64,000 bases of DNA from Selaginella moellendorffii (lineage: Eukaryota > Plantae > Lycopodiophyta), in NCBI RefSeq assembly GCF_000143415.4, contig NW_003314264.1:3357710-3421709 (forward strand), read 5' to 3'. Below, piece by piece: positions 1-11,645 of this stretch (its first letter is position 1; each line of letters starts with the position of its first letter). The notes beneath the pieces were generated by a model, which ran no database searches, was not told the DNA's origin, and saw only the letters and a program-made list of their open reading frames with translations. The translations under genes were made by a program, and so were the position numbers.

Positions 1-429
1 ACTCGGTCTCATCCGATAAACTTTTTATCATTTCAATTGTGGTTTCAGGGATCCTTTATCCTACAACACCTCGTGTTGGTTCCTTACAACTACACCACCC
101 ATAAAAGAAGTTCGACACCCACATCGATCATCTCTTTTTAATCCTACAACTTGTTGACCATGTCTCCGGGGGCATCCCCCCATTTAGCGGTATACCTAAG
201 TTAGCCTCCCCGGCCAAAAGCCCATGACAATGGAGTATAGATGTCCCTATACCTCTCATCTCACCACACCCTAGTATGGGGTTGGGACTTGAACCAAGCC
301 TTGCTTTACTAAAGGGTTGGGATTCGAACCCAACCTCCATAGAATATGTCTACAGATTTGACATCCATGTGGGGAGTTGGGCATAGTTCCTTATGCCTGG
401 TCAACCTAGTTAAGCCATGTTAATTAGCT

Positions 430-2627
430 TACTTTTGGCGTGCCTTCATGTCCCAATGTATAATATTACTCAATTTTTCAAATAGATTCTAGGTTCTCCT
501 CGGGTTCCCATGTTGCTTCTCAATGTTGAAATCCTTTCCACTTCACATGGAACTCCCTCACCTCACGTTTTTGTCGCTTGTTCATACGCACATTAAGAAT
601 GGCCTCGACCTCGTATTCCTCTTCCCCTTGGATGACCTTAGGTAAAGGTTTTATTTGGTTTTTGTAAAGTGGATCCTTAAAGTACGGCTTGAGGAAGTTC
701 ACGTGGAACATAAAGTGCATCTTCCCCATCTCCTAAGAAAGTTGGAGGTGGTAAGCCACTTTACCAATTTGAGCCTCAATTTCATAAGGCCCTGCAAACC
801 TACTTAAGGAATTCAAGATCAGTTCATTTTCAGGAATACATGCATTTTACCTTTGGGTCAACTTCCAGTTGATCCCACTTGGTAATTTTAGGTTCTTAGT
901 GTTCAGCCACACCTTTTCCCTATGTTAGAATTCTATGTCTAGATGTTTATGGTTCACATATTTAATTTGCCTTTGTTGAGCCTGTTCCAAGGAATCCCTT
1001 ACTAAATTCCAAATGTTGAGTCTTTTATTGTTCACTATAGGCAACTTTCCATGATACTCGGCCACACCGAGTTCCACAGGATCTTCAATAGCTTGCCTAT
1101 TGATGACTTCCCATGGACTCACCTCGATACTCAAATGTAATGAGTTGTTATAGCACATTTCTGCAAGTTCCAAATGACTTACCCAATCAGTCTTGTCTCT
1201 AGAGACATAGCATCGTAAATAATCCTCTATCTGTCTATTCACCTTTTTCGTTTATCCATCTGTTAAGAAGTGTTATTGCCTCAAACTTAACTTAATACCA
1301 AATATCTGTTTGTGGGTGATACACTATGCTGAATTTCAACTTGATGCAATATTGTTCTAGAAAAGTTCTTCAGAACTTACTAGTGAAGATCTTATCTCAA
1401 TATGAGATAATTTTTCTTGGCCTTCCCTGCACTTAAACCACTTGTTTGAAGAACAGCTTCACCATATATTTTGCATCCACTTCTGTTGTGGTATGAAATG
1501 TGCCATCTTCGAAAACTAGTCCACCACCATAAATATCACATCAAACCCCTCACTTAGGGGGAATCCCATGATAAAATCCATTGTAAAGCATTTCCACGGA
1601 CGATTTGGAATTCAGAAGTTTTGTAACAAGCCCCACTAGCCTTAGTCATAGCTTTGACTTGTTGACATGTTGGATATGTCTTTACATAGTCTTGGACGTC
1701 CTTAGCTATGTTTGGCTAGTGATATTTTTTCTTGAGTAAACCCATTGTCTTAAGCACTCCACTATATCCTGCAAAAGGTCCATCATAACACTCTTCTAGT
1801 CTTTTCTTCAGTGGGTGGCTTGTCTTTTTGGTGAGCATCTTACACTTCTTGGTTCCTTAGCAACACTTTTTGTGTTAAACCATCATTCTCAGATGTTATC
1901 TACACATCATCCCAAAAGGTTGATGTTGTGTTGGATATCACAAAATTCAAGCTTGTGTTTCGACTTAGAGCATCTACCACAATATTGCTCTTCCCAAGTT
2001 TATACAAAATCTCACAATCAAATTTGGCCAAAACATTGGCCCACCGACCTTATTTCCCTCTCAGGTTGGGCTGTGATAAGAAGTGTTTCATTGCCACATT
2101 ATCCGTGTAAACTTTAAACTATTTCCTAAAGCAATGTTGCCACTCTTTAAGCGCCTTGACCACCGCAAACAATTCTTTTTCGTGGGTAGGCCACTTTTGT
2201 TGAGCCTTGTCCAACTTTTTCAAAAAGAATACTACTGAATGGTTGTTTTGCTTCAAAATTGTGCCCAATACAAAATCTAAAGTGTCTGTTTCTACCTCAA
2301 AGTCTTTACTAAAGTTTAGTAATGCCAACATAGGAGCCTTCTTCAACTTCCATTTAAGGTGGACAAATGCTACTTTACATTCTACTATTCATACCATCCT
2401 CTATTTTCCTGTTTAGTCTGTTAAATGTAGGATTACTTTTGAATAGTGTTTAATAAACTTTCGGTAGTAATTGTATAACCCCAAGAATGCCCTTAACTCG
2501 ATGGTTGTTTCATTCCTGGATTGTTTGGACCTTCTCAGTATTCACCTTAAGCCCATCCTTGCCTACCATATGTTGGAGAAATTTTACCTTTTGTTGAGCA
2601 AAGTCATTTTTTTTTTTTAGCATATAA
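430..2627 (-). mobile_element. Degraded Ty3/Gypsy chromovirus pol fragment (RT end, RNase H, integrase, chromodomain)
   Basis: Minus-strand pieces: RT ..LYAKK..DFAQQKVKF (~2580-2627); RNase H FEVETDTLDFVLGTILKQ..WPTHEKELFAVVKALKEW (2119-2346); integrase NRQIEDYLRCYV..DWVSHLELAEMCYNN (925-1242); chromodomain EEYEVEAIL..FHVKWKGF..ATWEPEENL (~480-729). Many stops and frameshifts. Confidence 0.92.
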
Positions 2628-2649
2628 GCTCTATTTCGTTAAAGTGGGA
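2628..2649 (+). repeat. Left terminal inverted repeat (22 bp)
   Basis: GCTCTATTTCGTTAAAGTGGGA, exact reverse complement of 16308-16329; the gypsy RT reading frame stops abruptly here. Confidence 0.95.
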
Positions 2650-3067
2650 ATTGTCATTATCCCACTTGTAAAATAAGGTTTCCAAACCTTTATATAGTAT
2701 ATAAATATAACAAAATTCAACTGCATTGAGGCACATGCCATTTTATTTTAAACAAGGAAATGTCTACTCAATCACTTCTCCTCCCCCTGCCACTGCTTCA
2801 CCTCTCTCTTCTCCTTGTTATCGTCGTCCAATTTCTTTCCATCCTTTTAATATTGGCTCAGTTGCTCCGAGTCTAGGTGGAGCCCAAGTCCCCATTCAAT
2901 CTTTACTTTCCCCTTATTAATAAAACAACTTCGTAGACTTCCAATAACATGCTGTAACACTTCTAGTATAATGCAAATCCTCTCAAAGAATTATCTTTTC
3001 ATATTAATACAATGGCATGGAACCCCATGCCATAATAAGTTACATTTTTAAATAAATACATGCCATC

Positions 3068-4583
3068 TCAGACTGTTATTTTTTGCCTCCAACGCCTATA
3101 CAATAATCTTGGAATTTCATCACTCTCCACACTATCAGGATTTAAACCCAATAGTAATGCCATCTCTTCTCTAATACGTCCACGCTCATGTTCAGTGGTC
3201 GAAGAACCCATCCGGTTGAGCAAATTATGGAGATGCGGATAGTGCTTGGCTAGACAATATACATGCCATAAATGATGACTGGTGTCTGTCCGATCAAATG
3301 GCTTCTGATATACCGTTCCATCTGCCATTTGGTTGATTTCTGCAGCCACCTCCTGGACTGGCCGGTTCTCTATCACCATCGCTCCAAGCCGTTTTGCAAG
3401 GTCCCCCAGAACATACGGTTTCTTCTCCCTAGTTTCCATACTGCAAGAGATGGGGTGCACTGCATATGTGTGTTCGCTGCAGTTTTAATCGGCGAGTCAT
3501 CGATGATGAGGATTTCACTTGACCTAGCGGTCCGGTTCATCACTACAGCCTCTGGCTTGACGAAGATGGGCTTGCTACCCCTCACATGGACCATAGTCAA
3601 GCAATCCTTCTGCGTTAGGAGAAAGTCAAATGGTAATATTACTCGCGTCTGATCGTGCATCATCTGTAGCAACGTTAATGCATTGTGGCGCATCATGGAT
3701 GTCCAAACTCCCAATTGCAAATTGAACCCGGCCCTCTGTTTTAAGTGTCGCATGGTCATTATTAGATCCCGTAGTTTCTCCCGTGTGATTAATGTGAATC
3801 TGTCTCTTTTGACCAACTTGCGACCGCAGGCTTTGGAGGGTGCAGTGACATTCGAGGACGAGCCACGCTCATGGGAGAAAAGGACACCGTTCAGATCAAA
3901 AACGATACAGTACTTTCGCCGTGACTCTGAAATGAAATGCGTCAGCATAAAAAATGGTACAAGTCAATTTTACCATCTACAATATTAGCGAATGGTGCTC
4001 CCGATGGTCTTTCAGAGGGTTTTGGTCGAGGAAACGTGAAGGGCGGAAATACTCTCCTCTGCAATGTGGGGTCAATCGCATCCGATGGCGTGTGGGCACA
4101 TGCCATTTCAGCTGTAGACTCTGGTACAACTGGCTCAACAGTGGCATGGGGTGGTTCCGATGGCGTGTGATCACACGCCATTTCAGCTGGTGCCTCCGTT
4201 GGCAAAGTGGACATGACCGAACAGGCAGCAGGGGCGGTGTAGGGAGGTTCCAACGGCGCGTAGTCAGACGATTGGGCACATGTTGAGTCCGTTGGAAATG
4301 AGGATACGACCGGCTCGGCGGCTGGGGTGGCCTCATGCGGGTCCAATGGCGCCTGGTCACCGTCAGTTGGATATGTGGACAAGATTGACTCAGTGGTATG
4401 GGCAGCATCAAGTGGAGCGTGGTCAGCTTGCTTGGCGTTGATATGGATAGTAGCCTCCACCAGCTCTGATGACTCTTGCAGGCAAGTAGAGTCCACTGGC
4501 GGATCCATATGCATGTCCAAATATCTCCCTTCGATTGAGATGGTATCCTCCCTACTGGCTACTAAAAACAAACTCATTAGCAC
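3068..4583 (-). pseudogene. Transposon cargo: FCP1/NIF-type HAD phosphatase-like protein with Pro/Thr-rich repeat N-terminus (two frameshifts)
   Basis: HAD motif I-like CIVFDLNGVLF, GVWTS and motif IV-like ILIIDDSPIK (3373-3948). Continues via a frameshift near 3470 into AVHPISC..PVQEV (3068-3460). Joined upstream via a frameshift in a T-run (~3950) to ORF 3942-4583, which has 25-aa repeats (EMACAHTPSD / EMACDHTPSE). Confidence 0.75.
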
Positions 4584-4809
4584 ATTGAATCGACTATACT
4601 GTATTTACCATCAACTGCTATTGGGCGCACTGCTGATTCTGAAGGATTGGACATATGTTTTGACCCTTGCTTGGCACTATCCTTCCTCGACACTAAAGGC
4701 TAGAGTTTGTATCTTAATTCAACTGAATAATCTCTACTTACCATTTGCTTTGCAACCTACATGGACAATGTTAGAAATGGTAAAAGGTTAGGAATGGATG
4801 TACTATTAT

Positions 4810-5497
4810 TTACCTGATGGTTTGTCTTGTATGACCTTCCTCCGCTGCTCTTTGGCCACCTCAGGCTGGCCATCGTCATCATCATCGTCGTCGTCGTTAT
4901 TATGATCGTCACCATTGTGAGGACCATCCAAGTCCTCTTCATCCTCCTCTTCTTCGTCCTCCTCTTCTTTGTCCTCCTCTTCGTCCTTCTGCTCTTCCTG
5001 CTCATTATCTTTCTCTGGCTCCTCATCCCCCTCCTGCATTTCTTCCATAGGCTGCTCAGGCTGGATGGCTTGTTCTTCCAGGACCATCTTGGGAAAATCA
5101 TCTGGCCGAGTCTCCATCTCAAAATACAAGACATCCATAGCCTGTTTTAGTGCGTGACCTAGGACCGTATCCTCACCCGACTGTCTTAACATGGTTTCTG
5201 CACGTTCTTGCACCCTTTGAAGACGACGAGATGAGAAAAACGTGGCCCTGACTTGAAAAGCATCCCTCATCCATTGTACCTCTCCATTGAGATTGGGGAA
5301 GGGGAGTCCGCCATAGGAATCTGAGTCAGGAGGTGGTGACCGCGAGGCATTACCTATCATCTTTTCGTTGCCCTTCTTCCTTTTCGAATCAAACGCCTCT
5401 GATCCCGACGACTGTCCAACGTGCTTTCGCTTTTTATGACCACTGTCAGTTTGAGCTTGGCTGGTGCTTGCCTGTTTTGCCTTTGAAGAAGTGTCTC
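4810..5497 (-). CDS. Transposon cargo exon: basic NLS-like segment plus long acidic (E/D) tract
   Basis: ORF 4806-5630 has KKRK and KRKK followed by EEEDKEEEDEEEEDEED..DDDDDDDD. TGCAG acceptor at ~5498 and GTAAA donor at ~4812 on the minus strand. Probably a downstream exon of the 5797-8365 gene. Confidence 0.55.
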
Positions 5498-5796
5498 CTG
5501 CAAGGAATGGCATGAGACCACACGCCATTGCAAATATAATTTGTACCCCCTTTTTTCCTATTGCTTGTCTGTTTGTCCTTCTTCGACGCGCCACCAGTGC
5601 GCTTTTCAGTCCTCGTGTCTGAATATTCACAACGATCTATAGTCAAAATGGCGTGAGGCTTCACGTGACCTTACCTTGTGCAGGTTGTGAGCTCGGCCCA
5701 ACAGTAGCTGTTAACGCCGTTTCAGCATCTGGGGGTGGCCACGCTCCTGCATACAGAGCTTGTGAGATAACATTTAAACTTAAAGTGTGTACTCAC

Positions 5797-8365
5797 CAGG
5801 TTCGCAGAGAAGATACTGTTTTTCTTTGGCAACTGTAATTATGTGCTTCATTGAAGTCACCTCTTCAATGGAGTTTGTCACCGCAACACACGGGACACCC
5901 TTGAGTAGTGCGGCTCGAAAGAATAGTCTGCCGCAGTTGTACTCGACAACGCATTTGCCCTTGGAGTCAGAAGCAGGTGCTATTGCGTTGAAGACCCAGC
6001 TGAGCATTTCCCATGCTGCACCTGGAGCTTTCTTTGGATTCGAAAGCTCCATAGCCGTCTTCAGTTCCTCAGGCACGGGTAAATTGACCTCCTTCTGATC
6101 AATTCGATCGGCCTTGTCGAACGAAGCTGGGAAGTCACTCTAGTCCCACTCTGCTGCAGGACCAATAACAAGGGCGAGTGTGAAGATGCGGACATTCGTC
6201 GGTATCTTCTTCTTAGCCATTATCCTATGGATCTCCTGCATCTCCTTGCCTTTCAACCGAGCCTTCACCTCGTTCAAGGCCTTCCAGAACTTGTGATAGG
6301 ATTCGGAGTCGTAGATCATATAGTGGACTAAAGATTCCACCTCCGCAAGTCCCACCATTAAGTCAATGATGGAGCTGACTTCGTCTGCATGAGTGATCTC
6401 CTCGTTTGTGAAGTCCATCACACAAAAGATGTTCTTGACCTGCTCATCTCCGCGGGAAACGATGCTCCTCCACCTTTGATCCTCATCCGAATTCACGTAT
6501 ACCCGGTAAGGTTCTCGATAGGCCTCTACTGCGGGGTCGAGCTGTTTCTGAAGCCGGCGGTCGACATCCCTCTTAATGAAATTTGGATACTGATCCAACT
6601 TCTCAGCTTTACTTTTCGTGGTATCCCGCAGCAGATCGATGAACTTGGGGGCCCCCTTCACGTAGTCGTCGATGTCTTCATTTGACAACTCCAGCTCTTC
6701 CATCATCTCTTGCGTGGTGTCGATGCTCACCCTCTCCACGGCCACTTGCTCGAAGATCCAATCCTTCAATAGCGTACGAGCTCTCAGAGTCGTGCACAAG
6801 TCCTCGTATGTCACAATATGGCCGGGAGTCATTTTGGTCTTGTTGAAGACTACCTCACCACGTAGAAGAGCATTAGCCACTGTCAGAAGGTCATCGTCGT
6901 CTAGAGACCGCGAGAAATGCAAGGCGTTGAGCTTCAAATCATTGGGCTTCCGGCCGTCCTCCACACCCATTGAGTTTAGCAACTCCCCGTCATGGTACCT
7001 CCTCAGCACATCTACCCATTTGTCAAAAACAACTTTTGTCGCGAGTAGAATGTTATGGATGCTGAGTGTGTCATTGACCCCCAGTGTTTTCGAGAGAAGA
7101 CTCGAGAATTCCTGCAATGGAAATGGCGTGAGGCCACATGCTATGCCACATGCAACGAGGCTTACCTGCCAGGCGCTAGTTGCTAGTGCATGTCCTTGTC
7201 CTGGTTTTTGTGGCTTCTTCAGTTGAACCCAGAGCTTCCGTGTTCGTGCCAATGTCTCGTGCAGACCCGATTTGTAGCACGTTTCTTGCTTGACATTCTG
7301 CGCGTGGGAGATGGATATGATAGATCGGAGGGGCGAGTTGCCTTTTATCAGGCGGACAACTCTTGTCTTGAAGACTTTCTTCACCTCCTCGCCCACCATA
7401 ATATCCACAACTATCTCTTGCATCGCCAAGCTAGAATGCTGCCCGGAGACGGCATAGAACTGGATGTTCTGATCGTCCAACACCTTCCTATTGATCAAGT
7501 CTGGAAACCTCGTCTCGCCCTTCATTGTTCGGTAGTAGGGGATCATGTCTGCGATGTCGGGTGTTACTGGACTTGCCAGCATCTTCTACTTCAGTTTCTC
7601 CACCCACTCATCAGATACTAGCCTGTGGTTGTATTTGCTTTGGATGTCGATACGGCTCACGTCGATTGTATATACTTTGTTGGAATAGTAACAAGTACTA
7701 TTATCTGCGACGATTTTTGCTGCCTCTTTTTGCTCTTTTTGCTCTTTGCGGCTCTTCTTTTTGGTGGGTGTAGTGTTCGAACCCGAGGCAATGGCATCAC
7801 CGAGTAGCTTCTTTTTTGGAGCAAGAGAGTCGGACGTCGGCTTGAGCTTGACCACCCTTTTCTGCTTCGGGGTAGTTTCCAAATCGACCCCCTTCCCCTT
7901 TGCTTCGCGAACTGGAGGCACTCTCAACGGCTCAATGTTGGAATATAGTTTTTGAACATCACCGTAGGTGAGGTCCGTGGATTCCATATGATCTTCATAG
8001 ACCCGCAGCGTCTTTGAAATTGTGGGCCTCCTGGAAAACCTCTCCCTAGCTCCCTCTAGGAATTCCTCATAGCCGCTGCCCCCCTCCAGGAAGCCGCTAG
8101 GATGTGCAAGGTGGATCTTGAAGGCGGACGCTGTCTCTACCACAAGTGCCAATCCATATTCTTGCATGGAACTGCATGGAGTGTCTGTCACTTGGATGAG
8201 GATCCCCATGCATTCTTTTCTCCCACCATCTATGTTGTACAGCCTCAGATCCTCGCCTTCCATCCCGAAAGTCCAACTGGTGAGCTCCTCCCCCTTCTCT
8301 GCATCCACATTGACAGTGGCTGGAAGAAGAACGCAATTCCTCGCCTGTTCAGAAATGCACAACAA
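5797..8365 (-). pseudogene. Transposon cargo: ParB/Srx-like domain plus degenerate amino-methyltransferase-like C-terminus
   Basis: ORFs 7586-8365, 6140-7582 and 5780-6076 share one frame and are separated only by single TAG codons. ParB-like: IDVSRIDIQSKYNHRLVSDEWVEKLK..FYAVSGQHSSLAM. C-terminal WVFNAIAP..GKCVVEYNCGRLFFRAALLKGVPCVAV resembles the SAM-binding end of beta-class MTases. In-frame 54-nt GT-AG intron at 7112-7165. Confidence 0.6.
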
Positions 8366-10157
8366 TTAGAGCTGACAGATGAAAAGCTAGCAGCTGGAAA
8401 TAACGTGAGGCCACACGCCATTCACCACTGCATCAGATGTCTTGAGGCTGCATCCTAAGATGGCGTGAGGCTACACGCCATCTGTAACCGGACTGCACTC
8501 GAGAGCCCAATCGGTGCATGCCAATGTTGCTACTAAATGGCATGTGGCCTCATGCCATTTTCTACTTGGCCTAAAAGACTTACCATTTGAAGCCGAATGG
8601 AGGCCGTGACAATCGAGGTCGGACTCGCTGGTGAATGTGCACTGTGTGTGCAGCGGATCATAGCAGCAATGCTACTCTGCCACTTACAGTTGGAGAGTGG
8701 CGCTGAAATCTCCCGGGACGCCAAGTGGGCTGCGTATGGGTGGCGGAGTGGGCGGCGGAGTTGGCGGCGAAGTTACAAACTGGGTGTGTCTTGAAGTGGA
8801 CGCCGATGCACACGAGCGCGATGCGAGCGCGAGTGTGATGCAAGCGCGAGTGGACGCCGATGCACACGAGAAACCTGTAGAGAAGGTAGATGAGCACGAA
8901 TGTGAGCGTGATCGCGAGTGGGAGCGCGATGCGAGCGCGAGTACGAAGCAAAATGCAAAACCTAACCTCACACGCGGGAAATGTCACAACGGTTGGTAAT
9001 CCCGCCATATCATCATTCCTCGGACTTGGGCGCCACCATTAATTTCTAGATTGCCGCGCGCATGCAAGCACGCAAAATCCAAAAGAAATCCGCAACGTCA
9101 TCATTCCTTGGACTGCATGCACGCGAAATCCAAAAGAAAGATCATGATTGGGATATCATTTAATACCCTCGCTATATTTATACCATGCATGATTGGATAT
9201 TCCAAAGCATCTTGTATTTCCAAAAATGGCAGATGTTCAGCTAAATAAAGAAATTCTATCTGTTTCTATTTTTCTCTCAAATCAATATTATAGCGTGTGG
9301 GCTCATGCAATTTTGAACCAAAGAAACCCAAAAAACGTTGGACCCAAAATATTTTGAAAAAACCCAAAAAACCCTAAACATTTTAAACCCAAAAATCCAG
9401 GCATCCTGTGGCATTATTCCTTGAATGGCGTGTGGGCGCATGCCATTTTCAGGGCCAAATGCTAAATGGAGAAAAATTCCCTTTCAGTGCAAATGCTGCA
9501 AGAGGCAGATGCCGAGCACAAAGGACTGTAACTACCTCACATGACACAGATAAACTTTTCTCTATTTGGCAAAGATAAACTTTATAGCGTGTGGGCTCAT
9601 GCAATTTTGAACCCAAAAAATGCACCAAAAAATTCTCGGCGTCATCTGGCATTATCTCTTGAATGGCGTGGGGCCACATGCCATTTTCAGGGGCACATAG
9701 GAGTATATTCCTAGGATATTCTGACACGCGCGAGATTTTTTTGAGTTTTCTGGAGATCCAACCGTTAGATCGCAACTAGATTTTACAGAATGGTATACAA
9801 TGTCTTTCTTGATGACCCTGCAAAGAAGCATCTCGATCGGACACCACATGAGACCACATGAGCCTTACAATGTTTCAGGGGCATTTGCCATAGATCCGAC
9901 CGTTATTTTGCTCCAAGATTTTACAGTTTGGTGTGCATTGACCTTTCCATCGACACTGCAAAGGGACATCACAATCAGATGCGGGATCACAAGAAACTAA
10001 CTTCACTAACTCTGGTTTCACCAAGATCTACGTAAGGAGTTATGAAATGAAAGGACCCTCTCTATTGAAATGTGTTTATGGTCCTAGGGGCATTGTGACA
10101 TATGAAAGGATTTTGCATCAAGTTCTGTATTTGCATGTTTATCAAGCTACTGAATTG

Positions 10158-10184
10158 CTAAACCCTAAACCCTAAACCCTAAAC
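10158..10184 (+). repeat. Short interstitial plant telomere-type repeat (CCCTAAA)n
   Basis: CTAAACCCTAAACCCTAAACCCTAAAC. Confidence 0.8.
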
Positions 10185-11274
10185 ATGTGGCAAATGCTGC
10201 GTGAAGAAAGATGCCCTTTCTGGGCAAATGCTGTAAGAGGCAGATGCCGAGCAGATGTATCTTAGGCTAGCGAAGGGGACAAACGAAAGCTAGCTATAAA
10301 CATGACGGGATGCAAATAGATTACTACACTGGTCCTGCGAAAATCAAAAACCATAATTGAAAACATTGAAAATGCAAAAAGAAAGGTTTATAATATTTTT
10401 GAATTTTAAGCAACCAAAGGAATGTAAGTAGGGCATGTGTTTGTAAGTTTAAAAATGCCTCAACCACTTAAATTCCCAAGTAAATAAAGCTGTTTCTATT
10501 TTTGGTACAGGTAAACTTTATAGTGTGTGGGCTCATGCAATTTTGAACCCAAAAATGCACCAAAAAATGCTCGACTAGCATTATTCTTTGAATGGCGTGT
10601 GGCCTTATATTGCCATAAATGGACGTACACACACAGCATAATTATTCCTTTACACGGCGAATAATCTTGGCGCGGATCGCTGACATGGCATGGCAAAGTT
10701 CGAATCACTGACATGGCACAGCTGGATCGAGGCAAGGACATGATGTGACAAAGTTCAACCTCCGACAGCAAAGTCTAGAAGCTACTCAGTTTGAAATTTG
10801 TCAGAGGAGTTATAAGATCTGGTTTGTCAGAGGATTTGATGTGACGTTCAAGCGTGTGTTATTTTTGAATTCTCGAACTCATTCCTAGGTCTATCATTTT
10901 TGTGCGCCGTGTTCTTGGTTCCGCTGAGCGCAGTGAGCGCTGCTTGTGTAAGCGGCGTTGTGAGCTGTGGTTTATGCGTCTACGAGCAGTTGCGGCATTG
11001 CGAGTGCCATTGCGAGCGGCAGTTTATGTGAGTGGCAGTTTGTGCGAGCGGCGCTACGAGCAGTTGCGGTGTTGCGAGCGGCACTGTCTTTGGTGTGGCT
11101 ACCGCTTCCTCTTGATATTCGGCACTTGTGCTTCCTGGTATGTTCACCATGGAATGGCTTAGGACCACATTTAGAAATGGCATGAGGCCACATGTCATCT
11201 TGGGCCCTTGCAATTTCATGGCTAGCGTATTGTCATGTATGTTTTTACTTGCCTGCAGCTGTGTGTATATCAAG

Positions 11275-11457
11275 ATGGCATGAGGCCTCATGCCATCTTT
11301 GGCCCCTGCTAGCCTATTGCCATATTCCTTTTGAACTGTATATATTTTTGTATGGGTGACTAGTCACGCACACAAAAATATATACAGTTGCAGCAAGGCA
11401 AAAGGAATATAGCAACAGGTTAGCAGGGGCCAAAGATAGCGTGAGGCCTCATGCCAT
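11275..11457. repeat. ~183-bp foldback (long inverted repeat) upstream of the transposase
   Basis: Arms begin and end with the 22-bp palindrome, pair with a few mismatches and one 9-nt bulge, and are centred on GTGACTAGTCAC (11356-11367). Confidence 0.9.
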
Positions 11458-11645
11458 TAGTGGTACCACTAATGGCATGAGGGCTCATGCCAATTTTGTG
11501 AATGCGAAATTTCACGTGGGTGTCAATAGCATGTTTGAATAATGGCATGTGGCCTCATGCTATTGAGGTTGTTTGGTATGTTATGATTTAAGCCATTCTC
11601 CAATCATTTTTTGTATGGTCTTAACTTCTTTTCTGCACTTTCAGA

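Noticed and set aside
8658-9008. ORFs 8658-9008, 8684-8971 and 8697-8999
   Set aside because: Products of a GC-rich short-repeat tract that is open in several frames; no family signal.
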